64,000 nucleotides of DNA from Planctomycetota bacterium. GTDB lineage: Bacteria; Planctomycetota; Brocadiia; Brocadiales; Bathyanammoxibiaceae. Below the pieces are notes generated by a model. It did no database searches. It was not told the origin of the DNA and saw only the letters and a list, made by a program, of their open reading frames with translations. Every line of letters begins with the position of its first letter. Position 1 is the first letter of the stretch. The position numbers and the translations under genes are program-made. Of the stretch, positions 1 through 9,281 are shown piece after piece. The DNA is taken from positions 3,911 to 67,910 of the forward strand of contig JAHFOV010000003.1 of assembly GCA_023261505.1 (NCBI GenBank). The letters are read 5' to 3'.

Positions 1-1146
1 TACTCCAAATATGTTCAGGAAGATGCGAGAAATTATCTCCTCAGTAATTTCTATCAGCAAGCAATAGAACAGAATAAACTGGAACCTATCGGTGAGCCAG
101 AATTTACCGATATAGACTTTGACCCTTCCAAACCCCTTAGCTTTCAGGTCACCTTTGAGGTGAAGCCCAGTTTTGAACTGGACGGCTATAAAGGTCTCCA
201 GCTCTTTAGAAAATCTAGTGAGGTAACCCCTGAAGAGGTCCAATCTGCCCTGACCAGGACCAGCCTCAGTGCTACACAATTAGTGCCTGTAGACGGTGGT
301 GAGGTTCTAGCACAGGATCAGGTCTTGTGCGATTACCAAGTAGAGATAGATGGGAACATGATCCATCATGAAGAAGAAACACCGGTGTGGGTATCCAGCA
401 GACGTGTAAAAAACATCCCCGTGCCTGACCTGGCCAAACTCCTAGTGGGGGCCAAGGTAAGGGAAGGTAGGGAAACAAAAGTAAATTTAGGCCGCCTATT
501 TCATCTGGCTGAATACAGGAACAAGGAGGCCATACTGAAAATTTCTATAAAAGAAATAAAAAGGCCTAAAGTACCAGAAATTAATGATGCCCTTGCACAA
601 AAGCTGGGTTTTCCTGACCTGGAAAAAATGAAGGAGGCGGTACTCCACCAGCTAGAAGTAGAAAAAAAACAATGGGTGGAGAAAGACCTCGAGAACCAGG
701 TCTGTGCAAGACTACTGGAAATGGTTAATTTTGAGCTTCCTAAGGATTGGATACAGCGCCAGGCCGCGGAGAGGTTATATCGTTACCAATTAGACCTTCT
801 TAGGCACGGCGTACCTTTGGAAGAAATAGAAAAAAAGGCTGAGGAACTGAAGGAGTCCTCTGAGGAGAACGTAATAAAAGACCTTAAACTCTATCTCATT
901 TTGAAATACATTACAGATAAAGAAAAGATTTATGTAACAGAAAATGAGGTGGAATTAAAAATAAATGAAATGGCCCGAACTTCCGGTACTACCGCATCTC
1001 AGATAAGGCGTTACCTGGAAAAACAGGGTACTCTTCCAGCCCTCAGGCAGCAGATTAGAGAGGCCAAGGTAATTAGCTTACTCCTCAAGGAGGCCAACAT
1101 CACAGAAGAAAAACCAAAAGAAAAAGAAGTAATTAAAAAGGAGTGA
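1..1146 (+). CDS. tig: Trigger factor, 5'-truncated by the window edge
   Basis: Frame 1 is open from base 1 ([31 protein letters not shown]...) into the listed ORF 160..1146. The pattern matches the trigger-factor PPIase and C-terminal arm regions, and the gene sits in the classic tig-clpP adjacency. Confidence 0.8.
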   Translation, partial: YSKYVQEDARNYLLSNFYQQAIEQNKLEPIGEPEFTDIDFDPSKPLSFQVTFEVKPSFELDGYKGLQLFRKSSEVTPEEVQSALTRTSLSATQLVPVDGGEVLAQDQVLCDYQVEIDGNMIHHEEETPVWVSSRRVKNIPVPDLAKLLVGAKVREGRETKVNLGRLFHLAEYRNKEAILKISIKEIKRPKVPEINDALAQKLGFPDLEKMKEAVLHQLEVEKKQWVEKDLENQVCARLLEMVNFELPKDWIQRQAAERLYRYQLDLLRHGVPLEEIEKKAEELKESSEENVIKDLKLYLILKYITDKEKIYVTENEVELKINEMARTSGTTASQIRRYLEKQGTLPALRQQIREAKVISLLLKEANITEEKPKEKEVIKKE

Positions 1147-1153
1147 TATAAAA

Positions 1154-1810
1154 ATGAGCGCAGAAAGAAAAGAGTCTTTATCCGCCTCAGGCGGAAAAAA
1201 TACACTTTTTGTCCCCTACGTTGTGGAGAAGACAGGCTATGGGGAAAGACATTATGACATCTTCTCCAGACTACTAAAGGACAGGATAATCTTTATCGGT
1301 ACTCCGATAGATGATACCGTCTCTAACCTGGTGGTTGCACAAATGCTATTTCTTCAAAACGAAAACAAGAACCAGGACATCAACCTGTACATTAACTCCC
1401 CCGGCGGCTCAATTACCGCTGGACTTGCCATCTACGACACCATGCAATTTGTTCACTGCGATGTGGCCACTTATTGTATAGGTTCGGCATTCAGCATGGC
1501 CGCTGTGCTCCTGGCAGCAGGAACAAAAGGAAAACGCCATGCCTTACCCCATACCAGAATCATGCTTCATCAGCCCTGGGGTGGTATGAAAGGTACGGCA
1601 ACAGATATAAGCATACAAGCTGAAGAAATCCTCCGCCTTAAACGCTATCTTAACAATATTCTTGTGCGTCATACAGGCCAACCCATAGAGAGGGTAGAGC
1701 GGGATGTAGACCGGGACTTCTATATGTCCTCCACCGAGGCGAAAGAGTATGGACTAATTGATGAGGTCGTGGAGTCCTTGAAGGAGAAGAAGGAATTGGT
1801 AGGGGTGTAA
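1154..1810 (+). CDS. clpP: ATP-dependent Clp protease proteolytic subunit
   Basis: 218 aa with GGAG about 10 nt upstream of the ATG. ClpP hallmarks are present: [12 protein letters not shown] (Ser region), MLHQP (His) and DRDFYMS..EA..YGLID (Asp region). Confidence 0.95.
   Translation: MSAERKESLSASGGKNTLFVPYVVEKTGYGERHYDIFSRLLKDRIIFIGTPIDDTVSNLVVAQMLFLQNENKNQDINLYINSPGGSITAGLAIYDTMQFVHCDVATYCIGSAFSMAAVLLAAGTKGKRHALPHTRIMLHQPWGGMKGTATDISIQAEEILRLKRYLNNILVRHTGQPIERVERDVDRDFYMSSTEAKEYGLIDEVVESLKEKKELVGV
1181..1195. repeat. 15-nt palindrome TCCGCCTCAGGCGGA (copy 1 of 4)
   Basis: Read directly from the sequence. It lies in clpP codons 10-14. The same 6-3-6 palindrome recurs at 15086, 18129 and 37038. 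Confidence 0.7.
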
Positions 1811-1908
1811 CCCGAATTCGGATTGCAGATTTCGGAATGCGGAATTCTCTTTTTCCATTCCGCACTCCAGATTCCGCATTCCGAAATCTGCAATCCGCAA
1901 TCTGCTAT
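1811..1908. repeat. Heptamer-periodic array (14 x 7 nt) containing a perfect 27-bp inverted repeat
   Basis: Splits exactly into cccgaat tcggatt gcagatt tcggaat gcggaat tctcttt ttccatt ccgcact ccagatt ccgcatt ccgaaat ctgcaat ccgcaat ctgctat. Bases 1819-1845 are the exact reverse complement of 1871-1897, with a 25-nt loop. The array starts 1 nt after the clpP stop, so it may act as a terminator. Confidence 0.85.
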
Positions 1909-2593
1909 GGACCCAAAGCTCTTAAAACTAGGTGGTTGGGGAGCTATAATTTATGCGCTCTCCACCGCCTTTTTTTATGCCTACCTTTATTGGCGCTGGC
2001 CCGTTTTGGGAAGACAGGATGCTGAGGCTGTATTGAAGGCGGTCGGACAAAATATAGCCTGGTGGCAGGCCTTCTGGTGGATGGGGATTTTTGTCTCCTT
2101 TTCTCTTATCCCAACCTTCCCAGCCCTTTGCCAGGCCCTTTTAAAGACAGAACCTGCATATGCTTATATTGCCCTGTTTTTTGCCTTCATTGCCATTATA
2201 TTGGGTACCCTCAGCCCCCTAAGGCACGCCACTATTACTCCTACACTGGCAGAACTTTACACCAAGACTACGGACGAAGGCATCAAACAGACAGTTGCCT
2301 TGATTTATAAGGCCCAGGAAGCCTATGGGCAGGGTCTCTTCTGCGTCTATGGCTCTACATGACTGGTAGGCTGGGTGGGCCTGGGAGGCCTTGCCATGCT
2401 CTCCAATCCTGACTTCCCACAATACCTGGGCTGGCTGGGTATCATTGTAAGTGTGCTGTGGATTCTAGGCATAATCTCACGCATACTATACCCCATCCAT
2501 CTACTACAAGGCCTCGTCCTCTTCTCTTTCCTCCTGTGGGTCTTCCTCACAGGGTTAAGGCTTATTAAACTCTCAGCCTGGCACGGGGTGTAG
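1907..2593 (+). pseudogene. Polytopic Trp-rich membrane protein interrupted by one in-frame TGA (2360-2362)
   Basis: ORFs 1823..2362 and 2375..2593 share a frame and are separated only by TGA (..CVYGST-TGA-LVGWVGLGG..). Both halves are hydrophobic. The start is probably ATG 1907, because 1823-1906 is the hairpin repeat. Confidence 0.5.
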
Positions 2594-2668
2594 GGACAGA
2601 AACTTGTGTCTGCCCAAATAAATCACATTACAGGAGGGCAAACACCGGGGTTCGCCCCCTAGTTTTGT

Positions 2669-3559
2669 TTACGATAAAAATATATCTAGAAGGGTTGCGA
2701 CCATCAATGCCAGGCTTATAAAACCATTCACTGTGAAGAAGGCTACGTTAATCCTGGAAAGGTCTCCTGGTTTTACTAGAGAATGTTCATAAAACAGTAA
2801 AACTGCTGTAAAGCATACACCTCCTAGATATATCTTTCCCAGCCCAGCATAACCGGCCAGTATCAAGAGCACTGCTATCATAAGGAAATGAAGGAGAGAG
2901 GAAAGCCGTAGGCCATTTTCTGTACCAAGACTTTTTGGTATGGAATTAAGACCCACTCTCTGGTCGTGTTCCACATCCTGGCAGGCGTAAATGATGTCAA
3001 AACCTGCTGTCCATAGAAGCACCGCCAGGGCCAAAAGGCAAGGAACTACATCAAAACTACCCCTAATGGCCACCCATGCACCCAATGGTGCCAGAGCCAG
3101 GGCCGTGCCCAGAAAGAAGTGAGAGAGGTTTGTAAATCTTTTGGTAAAGGAATACCCAATTATTACCAACAGGGCCACAGGTGAGAGAAGAAAAGTGAGC
3201 CAATTTAATGCCCAGGAAAAACCAACGAAGAGCAGGGCAGAAGCTAATGTGAAGGCTAAAAGAGTACGGCGCCCCACCTGATATTGAAGGATGTACCACC
3301 GTTTGGTTCGGGGATTTGTGCTGTCATACTGAGTATCTGCCAGGCGGTTAAAGCCCATAGCACAGTTTCTAGCCATGACCAGTGCGGCAAGTATTAAGAG
3401 GAGTTCCCTGATACCTGGCAAACCATCCGCGGCCAGAAAGGTACTCATCAATGCAAAAGGCATGGAAAATATAGTATGAGGAAACTTTACCAGCTCCAAC
3501 AGGCCCACTAACTTCTCAGGAAAACTTAGCTGTGTCCTTTCCACCCCTTCTATTCTCAT
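2669..3559 (-). CDS. UbiA-family aromatic prenyltransferase (4-hydroxybenzoate polyprenyltransferase / MqnP-like)
   Basis: 296-aa polytopic protein carrying both Asp-rich UbiA motifs: NRLADTQYDSTNPRT (NxxxDxxxD) and YACQDVEHDQRVG (DxxxD). Confidence 0.8.
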   Translation of the reverse strand: MRIEGVERTQLSFPEKLVGLLELVKFPHTIFSMPFALMSTFLAADGLPGIRELLLILAALVMARNCAMGFNRLADTQYDSTNPRTKRWYILQYQVGRRTLLAFTLASALLFVGFSWALNWLTFLLSPVALLVIIGYSFTKRFTNLSHFFLGTALALAPLGAWVAIRGSFDVVPCLLALAVLLWTAGFDIIYACQDVEHDQRVGLNSIPKSLGTENGLRLSSLLHFLMIAVLLILAGYAGLGKIYLGGVCFTAVLLFYEHSLVKPGDLSRINVAFFTVNGFISLALMVATLLDIFLS

Positions 3560-3745
3560 TTCCTCTCTCCATTTCTAAAACCCGGGTTAGATACCTTGCT
3601 TTTTTTTATCATTAGCACTCCTAACTGTCAAGGAATAGAAAATTTAATCTTTAACATTTTACTTTCCTCACGAAATAAGTATTCATATAATACCTCATAT
3701 TCAGACTTTTAAAAGCTAAGTTCTTAAAAAATCAACACTAAGCAC

Positions 3746-3773
3746 TTGCTATGAGCAATAAATTTTGTATAAT
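3746..3773 (+). promoter_or_regulatory. Candidate sigma70-type promoter TTGCTA-N16-TATAAT
   Basis: TTGCTA at 3746-3751 and TATAAT at 3768-3773, with TG directly upstream. It sits in an AT-rich divergent intergenic region. Confidence 0.3.
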
Positions 3774-3782
3774 TAAATGTAA

Positions 3783-5111
3783 TTGACTTATAAAAAAAGG
3801 ATTGGTAATATTGAAGGCTCAATTAGTTACAGTGATGACGTGGCAGGAGGATTAGCAAAGGGTATGGAAAAGGTCGAGAAAACAGCTTCTTTATCTGCTT
3901 ACGAACAGAATAAACTCCTCTATACTAACGCAATTACCAATCCTAAGAGAAGGACAACCACCGCCAATAAAAAAGTATCCAGGGAGGAGATGGACAAGCT
4001 AGTAGAGATAGCCAAAGCCAACCTCAAGGATAATGAAACATATCTCTGGAATGCCAATATTAATGGCGTAATAGTCCAACTCCTGACGAACTCTTTGCAT
4101 CAGTACGACTTCTGGGTGGAGAATTGGTTCCCTGCCCCATTTGATGCGACACCCGATGCTACAATATATTCTGTCCTTGGTATTCCTAGCAGAGACTCTG
4201 AGGCCCATTTCTGTAAGGCGACCAAGACCATCGTATTTTTAAACACAGATTATTATGGACAGTGTAAGAGCTGGGCACTGGGTTTGGCTGATTGCGTACT
4301 GAGAAATAAAGGCATACATTCCATTCATGGTTCCTGTGTAGATATCGACGGGGAAGGAACACTAATGATAGCCCCAACAGGAACTGGTAAGAGTACCCAC
4401 TCCTATAAGCTTTTGGAGTTACCGATAAGTAACGTCCACTCGGACGATTGGGTATATGTGACATACAAAGAAGAGAATGGGGCGTTGGTGGAGGCGAGTG
4501 CCGCTATCTCTGAAAGAAACTTTTACTTGCGGACAGATACGGCTAAGGATATCTCATACCTTCGTGACCTATTCAAGCGCTGCAAGACAGAGAATGTGGT
4601 AACCCATAGGGAAGAATGCGAGAACATTGCCTGTCTGGAAAAGGTTGCACAGGGTAAGTTTCGATGTGGCTTTGATGAAGGGGATGACCGTTGTTTCTGG
4701 TGTTTCCCTAATAGCAGAGCCATGTTAGACCCCACCTGGGTTGTAGGTAAACACAGGTTTGTGAAAGTAACCAATGTAAAGCACGTAATCTTCCTGACAA
4801 GAGATGCACAGGTTCTTCAAATAAAGAGATTAGACGCAGATGAGACCATTCAGGTTCTTAAAGAAGGTCGCTTTATGGTATTACCAGGTGCTGGGCCAAG
4901 GTCAGATTGGGGAAAGATGAAGAACGAGCCCTGGTTCAATCCCTATTTGCTTGATCCGGATGATGAGTTTCAGGAGCGTTCCTTCAGAAAGCTTTGTCAG
5001 GTGGCAGATTCTTATATGGTAAATACCGCAAAGGGTACTATTGTTGAGAACCAGGAACTCATTCGTAAAATCTCCCTGAGTAAAGAGGCTTGTGTTCCAT
5101 TGCCATGCTAG
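3783..5111 (+). CDS. Divergent PEP-carboxykinase/HprK-clan P-loop protein
   Basis: The segment YYGQCKSWALGLADCVLRNKGIHSIHGSCVDIDGEGTLMIAPTGTGKSTHSYKLLE..HSDDWVYV parallels the PEPCK(ATP) kinase-1a region (..[34 protein letters not shown]) and the HprK C-domain (HG..v...G.GvLi.G.SG.GKS). The start codon is uncertain (TTG 3783, GTG 3840 or ATG 3864). Confidence 0.5.
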   Translation: MTYKKRIGNIEGSISYSDDVAGGLAKGMEKVEKTASLSAYEQNKLLYTNAITNPKRRTTTANKKVSREEMDKLVEIAKANLKDNETYLWNANINGVIVQLLTNSLHQYDFWVENWFPAPFDATPDATIYSVLGIPSRDSEAHFCKATKTIVFLNTDYYGQCKSWALGLADCVLRNKGIHSIHGSCVDIDGEGTLMIAPTGTGKSTHSYKLLELPISNVHSDDWVYVTYKEENGALVEASAAISERNFYLRTDTAKDISYLRDLFKRCKTENVVTHREECENIACLEKVAQGKFRCGFDEGDDRCFWCFPNSRAMLDPTWVVGKHRFVKVTNVKHVIFLTRDAQVLQIKRLDADETIQVLKEGRFMVLPGAGPRSDWGKMKNEPWFNPYLLDPDDEFQERSFRKLCQVADSYMVNTAKGTIVENQELIRKISLSKEACVPLPC

Positions 5112-5929
5112 AAGACGCTAGACCTATAAACTATTACGCTGTATTGCAAGTTCATGAAGGAGCTGGTGCAGAGGAGATAAAACGCTCTTTCAGAAGACTG
5201 GTAAAAGAATATCACCCTGACCGAAATGGGAACGAACCCTGGGCAGCCGATAAAGTCAAGTTAGTTATTCAGGCCTATAAGACCTTAAGTGACGCTTCAA
5301 ACAGAAAACTCTATGACAGATTACTCAACTTGAGAAAGAGTGGTGCAGGTGTGGCAGGAAGACCTCTCAATAATCTCCAAACCCAGGCAAGGAACGTTTT
5401 GCTAGACCTTCTGGATGGGAAGGGCGCCCCTGCTCTAGAAACCTATGAGAGGCTAAAAAAGAACAACACGAATTTTCACCTCCTTAATTACTTCACCTTT
5501 AAGGATTACATAGACTGCACCTTCTTGCTGGCAGAAGAATATGAACGTCAGAGGAAGCACACATCGGCCCTTGAACTTTATGAAGAGGCCTACTACCAGC
5601 TACAGCAAAAGGCCAGAAAGCAGTATCTTTTCGATGAGATTAAAGACAGGATTCAGAGGATATACTGTAGGGTACTGGCCAGGAGGGCATCGCCCAAGGA
5701 GGCTATTCTTTACTATGAGAAGGCCCTGGAATTGGACCTTGGAAGGGCCGAGCGGGCATTTGTGCACAAGAAGATAGCCGAATGCCATTTTAAACAGGGA
5801 GACCTTTACTCAGCTTCAGGACACCTTAATATCGCCCTCTCCTTGAAGCCCAATCTACGGGGAGTTCACAGACTTCTAGCCTGGCTAAACCAGTCCCCTC
5901 CTCTTGGCAATTGCAGAGCCTCTAGGTGA
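5105..5929 (+). CDS. J-domain (DnaJ-like) protein with a TPR-like C-terminal half
   Basis: The J domain reads YYAVLQVHEGAGAEEIKRSFRRLVKEYHPDRN and includes the HPD tripeptide. ATG 5105 overlaps the upstream stop (5109-5111). The C-terminal part is helical-repeat (..YYEKALELD..GDLYSASGHLNIALSLKP). Confidence 0.8.
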   Translation: MLEDARPINYYAVLQVHEGAGAEEIKRSFRRLVKEYHPDRNGNEPWAADKVKLVIQAYKTLSDASNRKLYDRLLNLRKSGAGVAGRPLNNLQTQARNVLLDLLDGKGAPALETYERLKKNNTNFHLLNYFTFKDYIDCTFLLAEEYERQRKHTSALELYEEAYYQLQQKARKQYLFDEIKDRIQRIYCRVLARRASPKEAILYYEKALELDLGRAERAFVHKKIAECHFKQGDLYSASGHLNIALSLKPNLRGVHRLLAWLNQSPPLGNCRASR

Positions 5930-6825
5930 AACCAGGCTATGACATTCTCCTTGAGACCCACCTTCCAGTACCCCTTCTAAAGAGGGGAAAGGTCAGAGAT
6001 ATATATGAACTGAAGAATGATTTACTCATTGTTGCCACGGACAGGATATCTGTCTTTGATGTAATCCTCCCCTCCCCCATCCCCGGAAAGGGTAAAATCC
6101 TTACCGCTTTATCTGAGTTCTGGTTTAAGAAGTTAGAACACCTAGCACCTTCCCATCTTATTACCACGGACGTTAAAGAAATGGGCAAAACAGTACAGGC
6201 CTTTGCAGACATTCTTGAAGGCCGCTCTATGCTAGTAAAAAAGGCTGACCCGCTCCCTGTGGAATGCGTAGTTAGAGGGTACCTGGCAGGCTCCGCCTGG
6301 AAGGAGTACGAAACTACTGGAATGTGCCAGGGTGTGAAACTTCCCCCAGGCCTAAGGCAATCTGAAAGATTACCTGAACCTATATTTACTCCCGCTACCA
6401 AGGCCCCCACTGAACACGATGAAAATATCCCTATCAGCAGGGTAAAGGAGATGTTGGGAGAAAAATTCACTAGAGAAATAATGGAAAAAAGCATTGCACT
6501 GTTCAAAGAGGCCAGCACCTACGCCTTTGATAGACGTATCATTATTGCTGATGCTAAGCTTGAGTGGGGCAGGGTTGGAAATGGTTTGATACTTATTGAT
6601 GAGGTCTTTACCCCAGACAGTTCCCGTTTCTGGCCTCTGGAGAATTATACCCCAGGGCAACCTCAAGTCTCCTTTGATAAACAGTATGTACGTGACTTTG
6701 TGGAGCAGGTTGGTTGGGACAAAAACCCTCCTGCCCCTTTCCTTCCAAAAGAAGTGGTGCATAAAACGCTCGAAAAGTACCTCGAGGCCTATCGCAGACT
6801 AACAGGAAAAGAATTGTCCCTTTAG
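5926..6825 (+). CDS. purC: Phosphoribosylaminoimidazole-succinocarboxamide (SAICAR) synthase
   Basis: KRGKVRDIYE, LLIVATDRISVFDVILP and IPGKGKILT are typical PurC motifs. The GTG start overlaps the upstream stop (GTGA). Confidence 0.9.
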   Translation: MKPGYDILLETHLPVPLLKRGKVRDIYELKNDLLIVATDRISVFDVILPSPIPGKGKILTALSEFWFKKLEHLAPSHLITTDVKEMGKTVQAFADILEGRSMLVKKADPLPVECVVRGYLAGSAWKEYETTGMCQGVKLPPGLRQSERLPEPIFTPATKAPTEHDENIPISRVKEMLGEKFTREIMEKSIALFKEASTYAFDRRIIIADAKLEWGRVGNGLILIDEVFTPDSSRFWPLENYTPGQPQVSFDKQYVRDFVEQVGWDKNPPAPFLPKEVVHKTLEKYLEAYRRLTGKELSL

Positions 6826-6835
6826 TTATCTCTTC

Positions 6836-8005
6836 ATGGATAGCTCCCATGCCTTAAAGAAGTTGAAGGCCCTGGAGACTACTCTGAAGTCTACTCCAGA
6901 TGAACTCTCCTCCAGAGAAATCAAGGTACTCCTGGAAAGGGCGGAAAGGCTTCTCCAACAGAGTTACATGCTAAAAGGCGTGCAATCCCTCATCAAAAAA
7001 ATAATAAGCAGTAAGGGAAATAAAATCAGCCTATTTAATCATCTGGTTCAACTAAATCTGGTGTATCATTTTCAGGAAGTTAAAAACCGTGCACTTGCAG
7101 TGGAAAGGAAGGCAAGACCTGATAGCAACAAGCGTGTGGATATCGTAGTTTTTGGGCAAAGCGACTTTTACATAGAACTAAAGAACGTTAATGAACCAGA
7201 ACTGGCTACCCTGAAGGAAGAATTTGCGGAAAAGATTCCTCTTCCGCTCAGTAAAATTAAAGCTCCCTACTTTGTGCACTTTCGCTTTTTTAGGTCCCAA
7301 CTCCAAAGGCTTTCCCCACAAAATATCCAACCCTTGCCAGAGAGGATAGAAGAGGAAATAGAAAAAGGAGAAAAAAGGGAATGGATACCGTTCCCCTCCC
7401 AAAAGGAGGCTTTCTTAAGCTTTTCACTGGAGAAGTCGGCTCAACTTCTTCATTGCATTCTTGGACGTTATGGGTATGGAGAGGACTGGCCGTACTGTTT
7501 GTATTCAGAAGAATACCTGGAGAAGAAGTTAGAGAGCGAGAAAAAAATACTGGAAAAACCCTTTCCTAAAGAGGAACACCAAGCGTCACACCTTTATAAC
7601 CTTAAGAGATACGGCCTCCTTAGAGATAATAGCCCCTTCCTTGCAGAGTTGGAGCTGAAGATGAGTGTACTTAGGGGCATAAGGGACTCTGAGCTGAAAT
7701 TTTCCACCCCTTCGGAGAACATGCTAAACATATTGCTTCTCCACTTTAATGGGAAAAAGTCCCAGTCCATGGCTGACACCGTTGCGGGTGACCTGGCAAG
7801 ATGGTATTACTCACTGGGGGATGAAAGAGGTGAGGACAGGTGGCGAGAGTTTTATGAAATATGGGCTGGGGAGGAGGGCTTCCAGAGAGAGGGGAAGATA
7901 GATGCCTTTGTTAATCTAATTGGGAGGGGCATTGAAGAACCCTACCAGTGCAAAATTGTTTATGCCAGGAGGGATAGAAATGAGCTGGAGAGACTTTTGC
8001 CTTAA
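6836..8005 (+). CDS. Hypothetical protein with a PD-(D/E)xK-like motif
   Basis: 389-aa ORF with good coding appearance. The segment RVDIVVFGQSDFYIELKNV fits a D...(D/E)xK nuclease-fold core. I recognise no other family. Confidence 0.5.
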   Translation: MDSSHALKKLKALETTLKSTPDELSSREIKVLLERAERLLQQSYMLKGVQSLIKKIISSKGNKISLFNHLVQLNLVYHFQEVKNRALAVERKARPDSNKRVDIVVFGQSDFYIELKNVNEPELATLKEEFAEKIPLPLSKIKAPYFVHFRFFRSQLQRLSPQNIQPLPERIEEEIEKGEKREWIPFPSQKEAFLSFSLEKSAQLLHCILGRYGYGEDWPYCLYSEEYLEKKLESEKKILEKPFPKEEHQASHLYNLKRYGLLRDNSPFLAELELKMSVLRGIRDSELKFSTPSENMLNILLLHFNGKKSQSMADTVAGDLARWYYSLGDERGEDRWREFYEIWAGEEGFQREGKIDAFVNLIGRGIEEPYQCKIVYARRDRNELERLLP

Positions 8006-8046
8006 CAAGCTGAAAACAAGCCCTATGCCTAGGGTAAGGATCTCAT

Positions 8047-8691
8047 CTAACGGTGGCGCGTTATCCCTACCTTCTGACAATACCTTTCAACGGGGCATAT
8101 ACTGCACCTGGGGGAGATTGGGGTGCATATATTCTGCCCGTGTGTGACCAGAAGATCATTTAAAGGAATCCAGTAGCGTTGCGGAAGAACCTCCCGCAGG
8201 GCAAACTCAGTCTCCGTTGGGTTTTTTGTTCGAACGTAGCCTAGACGGTTTATAACCCTGTGCACATGGGTATCAACACAGATTCCTGGTTTGCCGTAAC
8301 CCAGTGTTATTACCAGGTTAGCCGTTTTCCTTCCTACACCCTTCAATTTAAGCAGTTCTTCCAGGGTATCAGGGACCTTTCCGTTATATTTTTCCAGGAG
8401 AACCTGGGAAATTTCTTTTATCCGTCTGGCCTTAGTTTTATAGAAACCTACTGGGTAAATAGCCTTTTCTATTGTGGGGACTTCTAGGGAGGCCATCTCC
8501 TGTGGGCTTTCTGCCAGACGGAACAATCTTTCTGAGGCCTGAGAAGTAACAGCGTCTTTGGTGCGGAGGCTCAGCAGGCAGGACACCAACACCTTAAAGG
8601 GGCTTCGGCTCCTAGCAACAACACTTACAGCGGGTTCCCTGTATTTTTGATTCTCCCGCTTCAAAATGATAAGCACTCGGGCAATATCCAC
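8047..8691 (-). CDS. nth: Endonuclease III (DNA-(apurinic/apyrimidinic site) lyase)
   Basis: HhH-GPD region [39 protein letters not shown], plus the C-terminal 4Fe-4S ligand pattern [17 protein letters not shown] (C-x6-C-x2-C-x5-C). Confidence 0.9.
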   Translation of the reverse strand: MDIARVLIILKRENQKYREPAVSVVARSRSPFKVLVSCLLSLRTKDAVTSQASERLFRLAESPQEMASLEVPTIEKAIYPVGFYKTKARRIKEISQVLLEKYNGKVPDTLEELLKLKGVGRKTANLVITLGYGKPGICVDTHVHRVINRLGYVRTKNPTETEFALREVLPQRYWIPLNDLLVTHGQNICTPISPRCSICPVERYCQKVGITRHR

Positions 8692-8768
8692 TAGATTCTC
8701 AGCGCCTGGAAGGGGCGAAAGAAAAAAAGAGCCTTGAGGAAGGAAAAGGAACGATTAATGAATTTAAA

Positions 8769-8798
8769 CCCCTCGTTCTCAGTTAGTTAACGAAGGGG
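8769..8798 (-). terminator. Stem-loop followed by a T-rich tract after the small ORF
   Basis: On the minus strand the sequence is CCCCTTCGTT-loop-AACGAGGGG followed by TTTAAATT. The stem includes the TAA stop of ORF 8787..8969. Confidence 0.45.
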
Positions 8799-8969
8799 GG
8801 TGTAAGAAAGATTATGGAAGTTTTCTTCCTCTTCCAGATCTTTGTCTAGTTCAAATGCGACTTCTTTCCTGGGTTCTAAGACTAGCTTCCTGTAGCGTTC
8901 CTTTATGAGTGCTAGTCTCGCCAGCTTTCGTTTTTTGTGTAGTTCCCCTGCCTTGGTCTTTGCCAGCAT
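8787..8969 (-). CDS. Small charged hypothetical protein (60 aa)
   Basis: An ORF with its own terminator-like hairpin. I recognise no family. Confidence 0.35.
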   Translation of the reverse strand: MLAKTKAGELHKKRKLARLALIKERYRKLVLEPRKEVAFELDKDLEEEENFHNLSYTPLR

Positions 8970-9281
8970 CTTACCTACCTCACCACTGTACCATTTGCAA
9001 ATTTATTGAAAACATTCAATAAAACTAAGATACAATACAGGGCGAGAAAAATCGGAAAGAATTATAACGCACAATATGAAGCTGTCAAGGTCAAGGAGAG
9101 TTAATTTGTAGTATATATATGGGTCATGTTCTTACCCTTGTTTTTTATCCTAAAATTTAAGGAGATGCATTATGGGTTGGGGTGATACACTACTTATTTA
9201 TAAATCAAGCTCCTACTCAATAGGTTAATACTCTTGCAAGGAAAAGGCGTGGCCTCTATAATCAAAAAACCAGGAGGAAGA

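Noticed and set aside
1154-2593. Missing clpX after tig-clpP as evidence of deletion or rearrangement
   Set aside because: clpX is often encoded elsewhere. The hairpin repeat and the interrupted membrane gene do not by themselves show that clpX was lost.
9001-9281. A riboswitch, leader peptide or consensus promoter upstream of thrC (TTGAAA ... TACAAT at 9006-9036; mini-ORF MHYGLG at about 9160)
   Set aside because: The spacer is 19 nt, which is too long. The mini-ORF has no Thr/Ile codon run. I could not recognise any known riboswitch core by eye.
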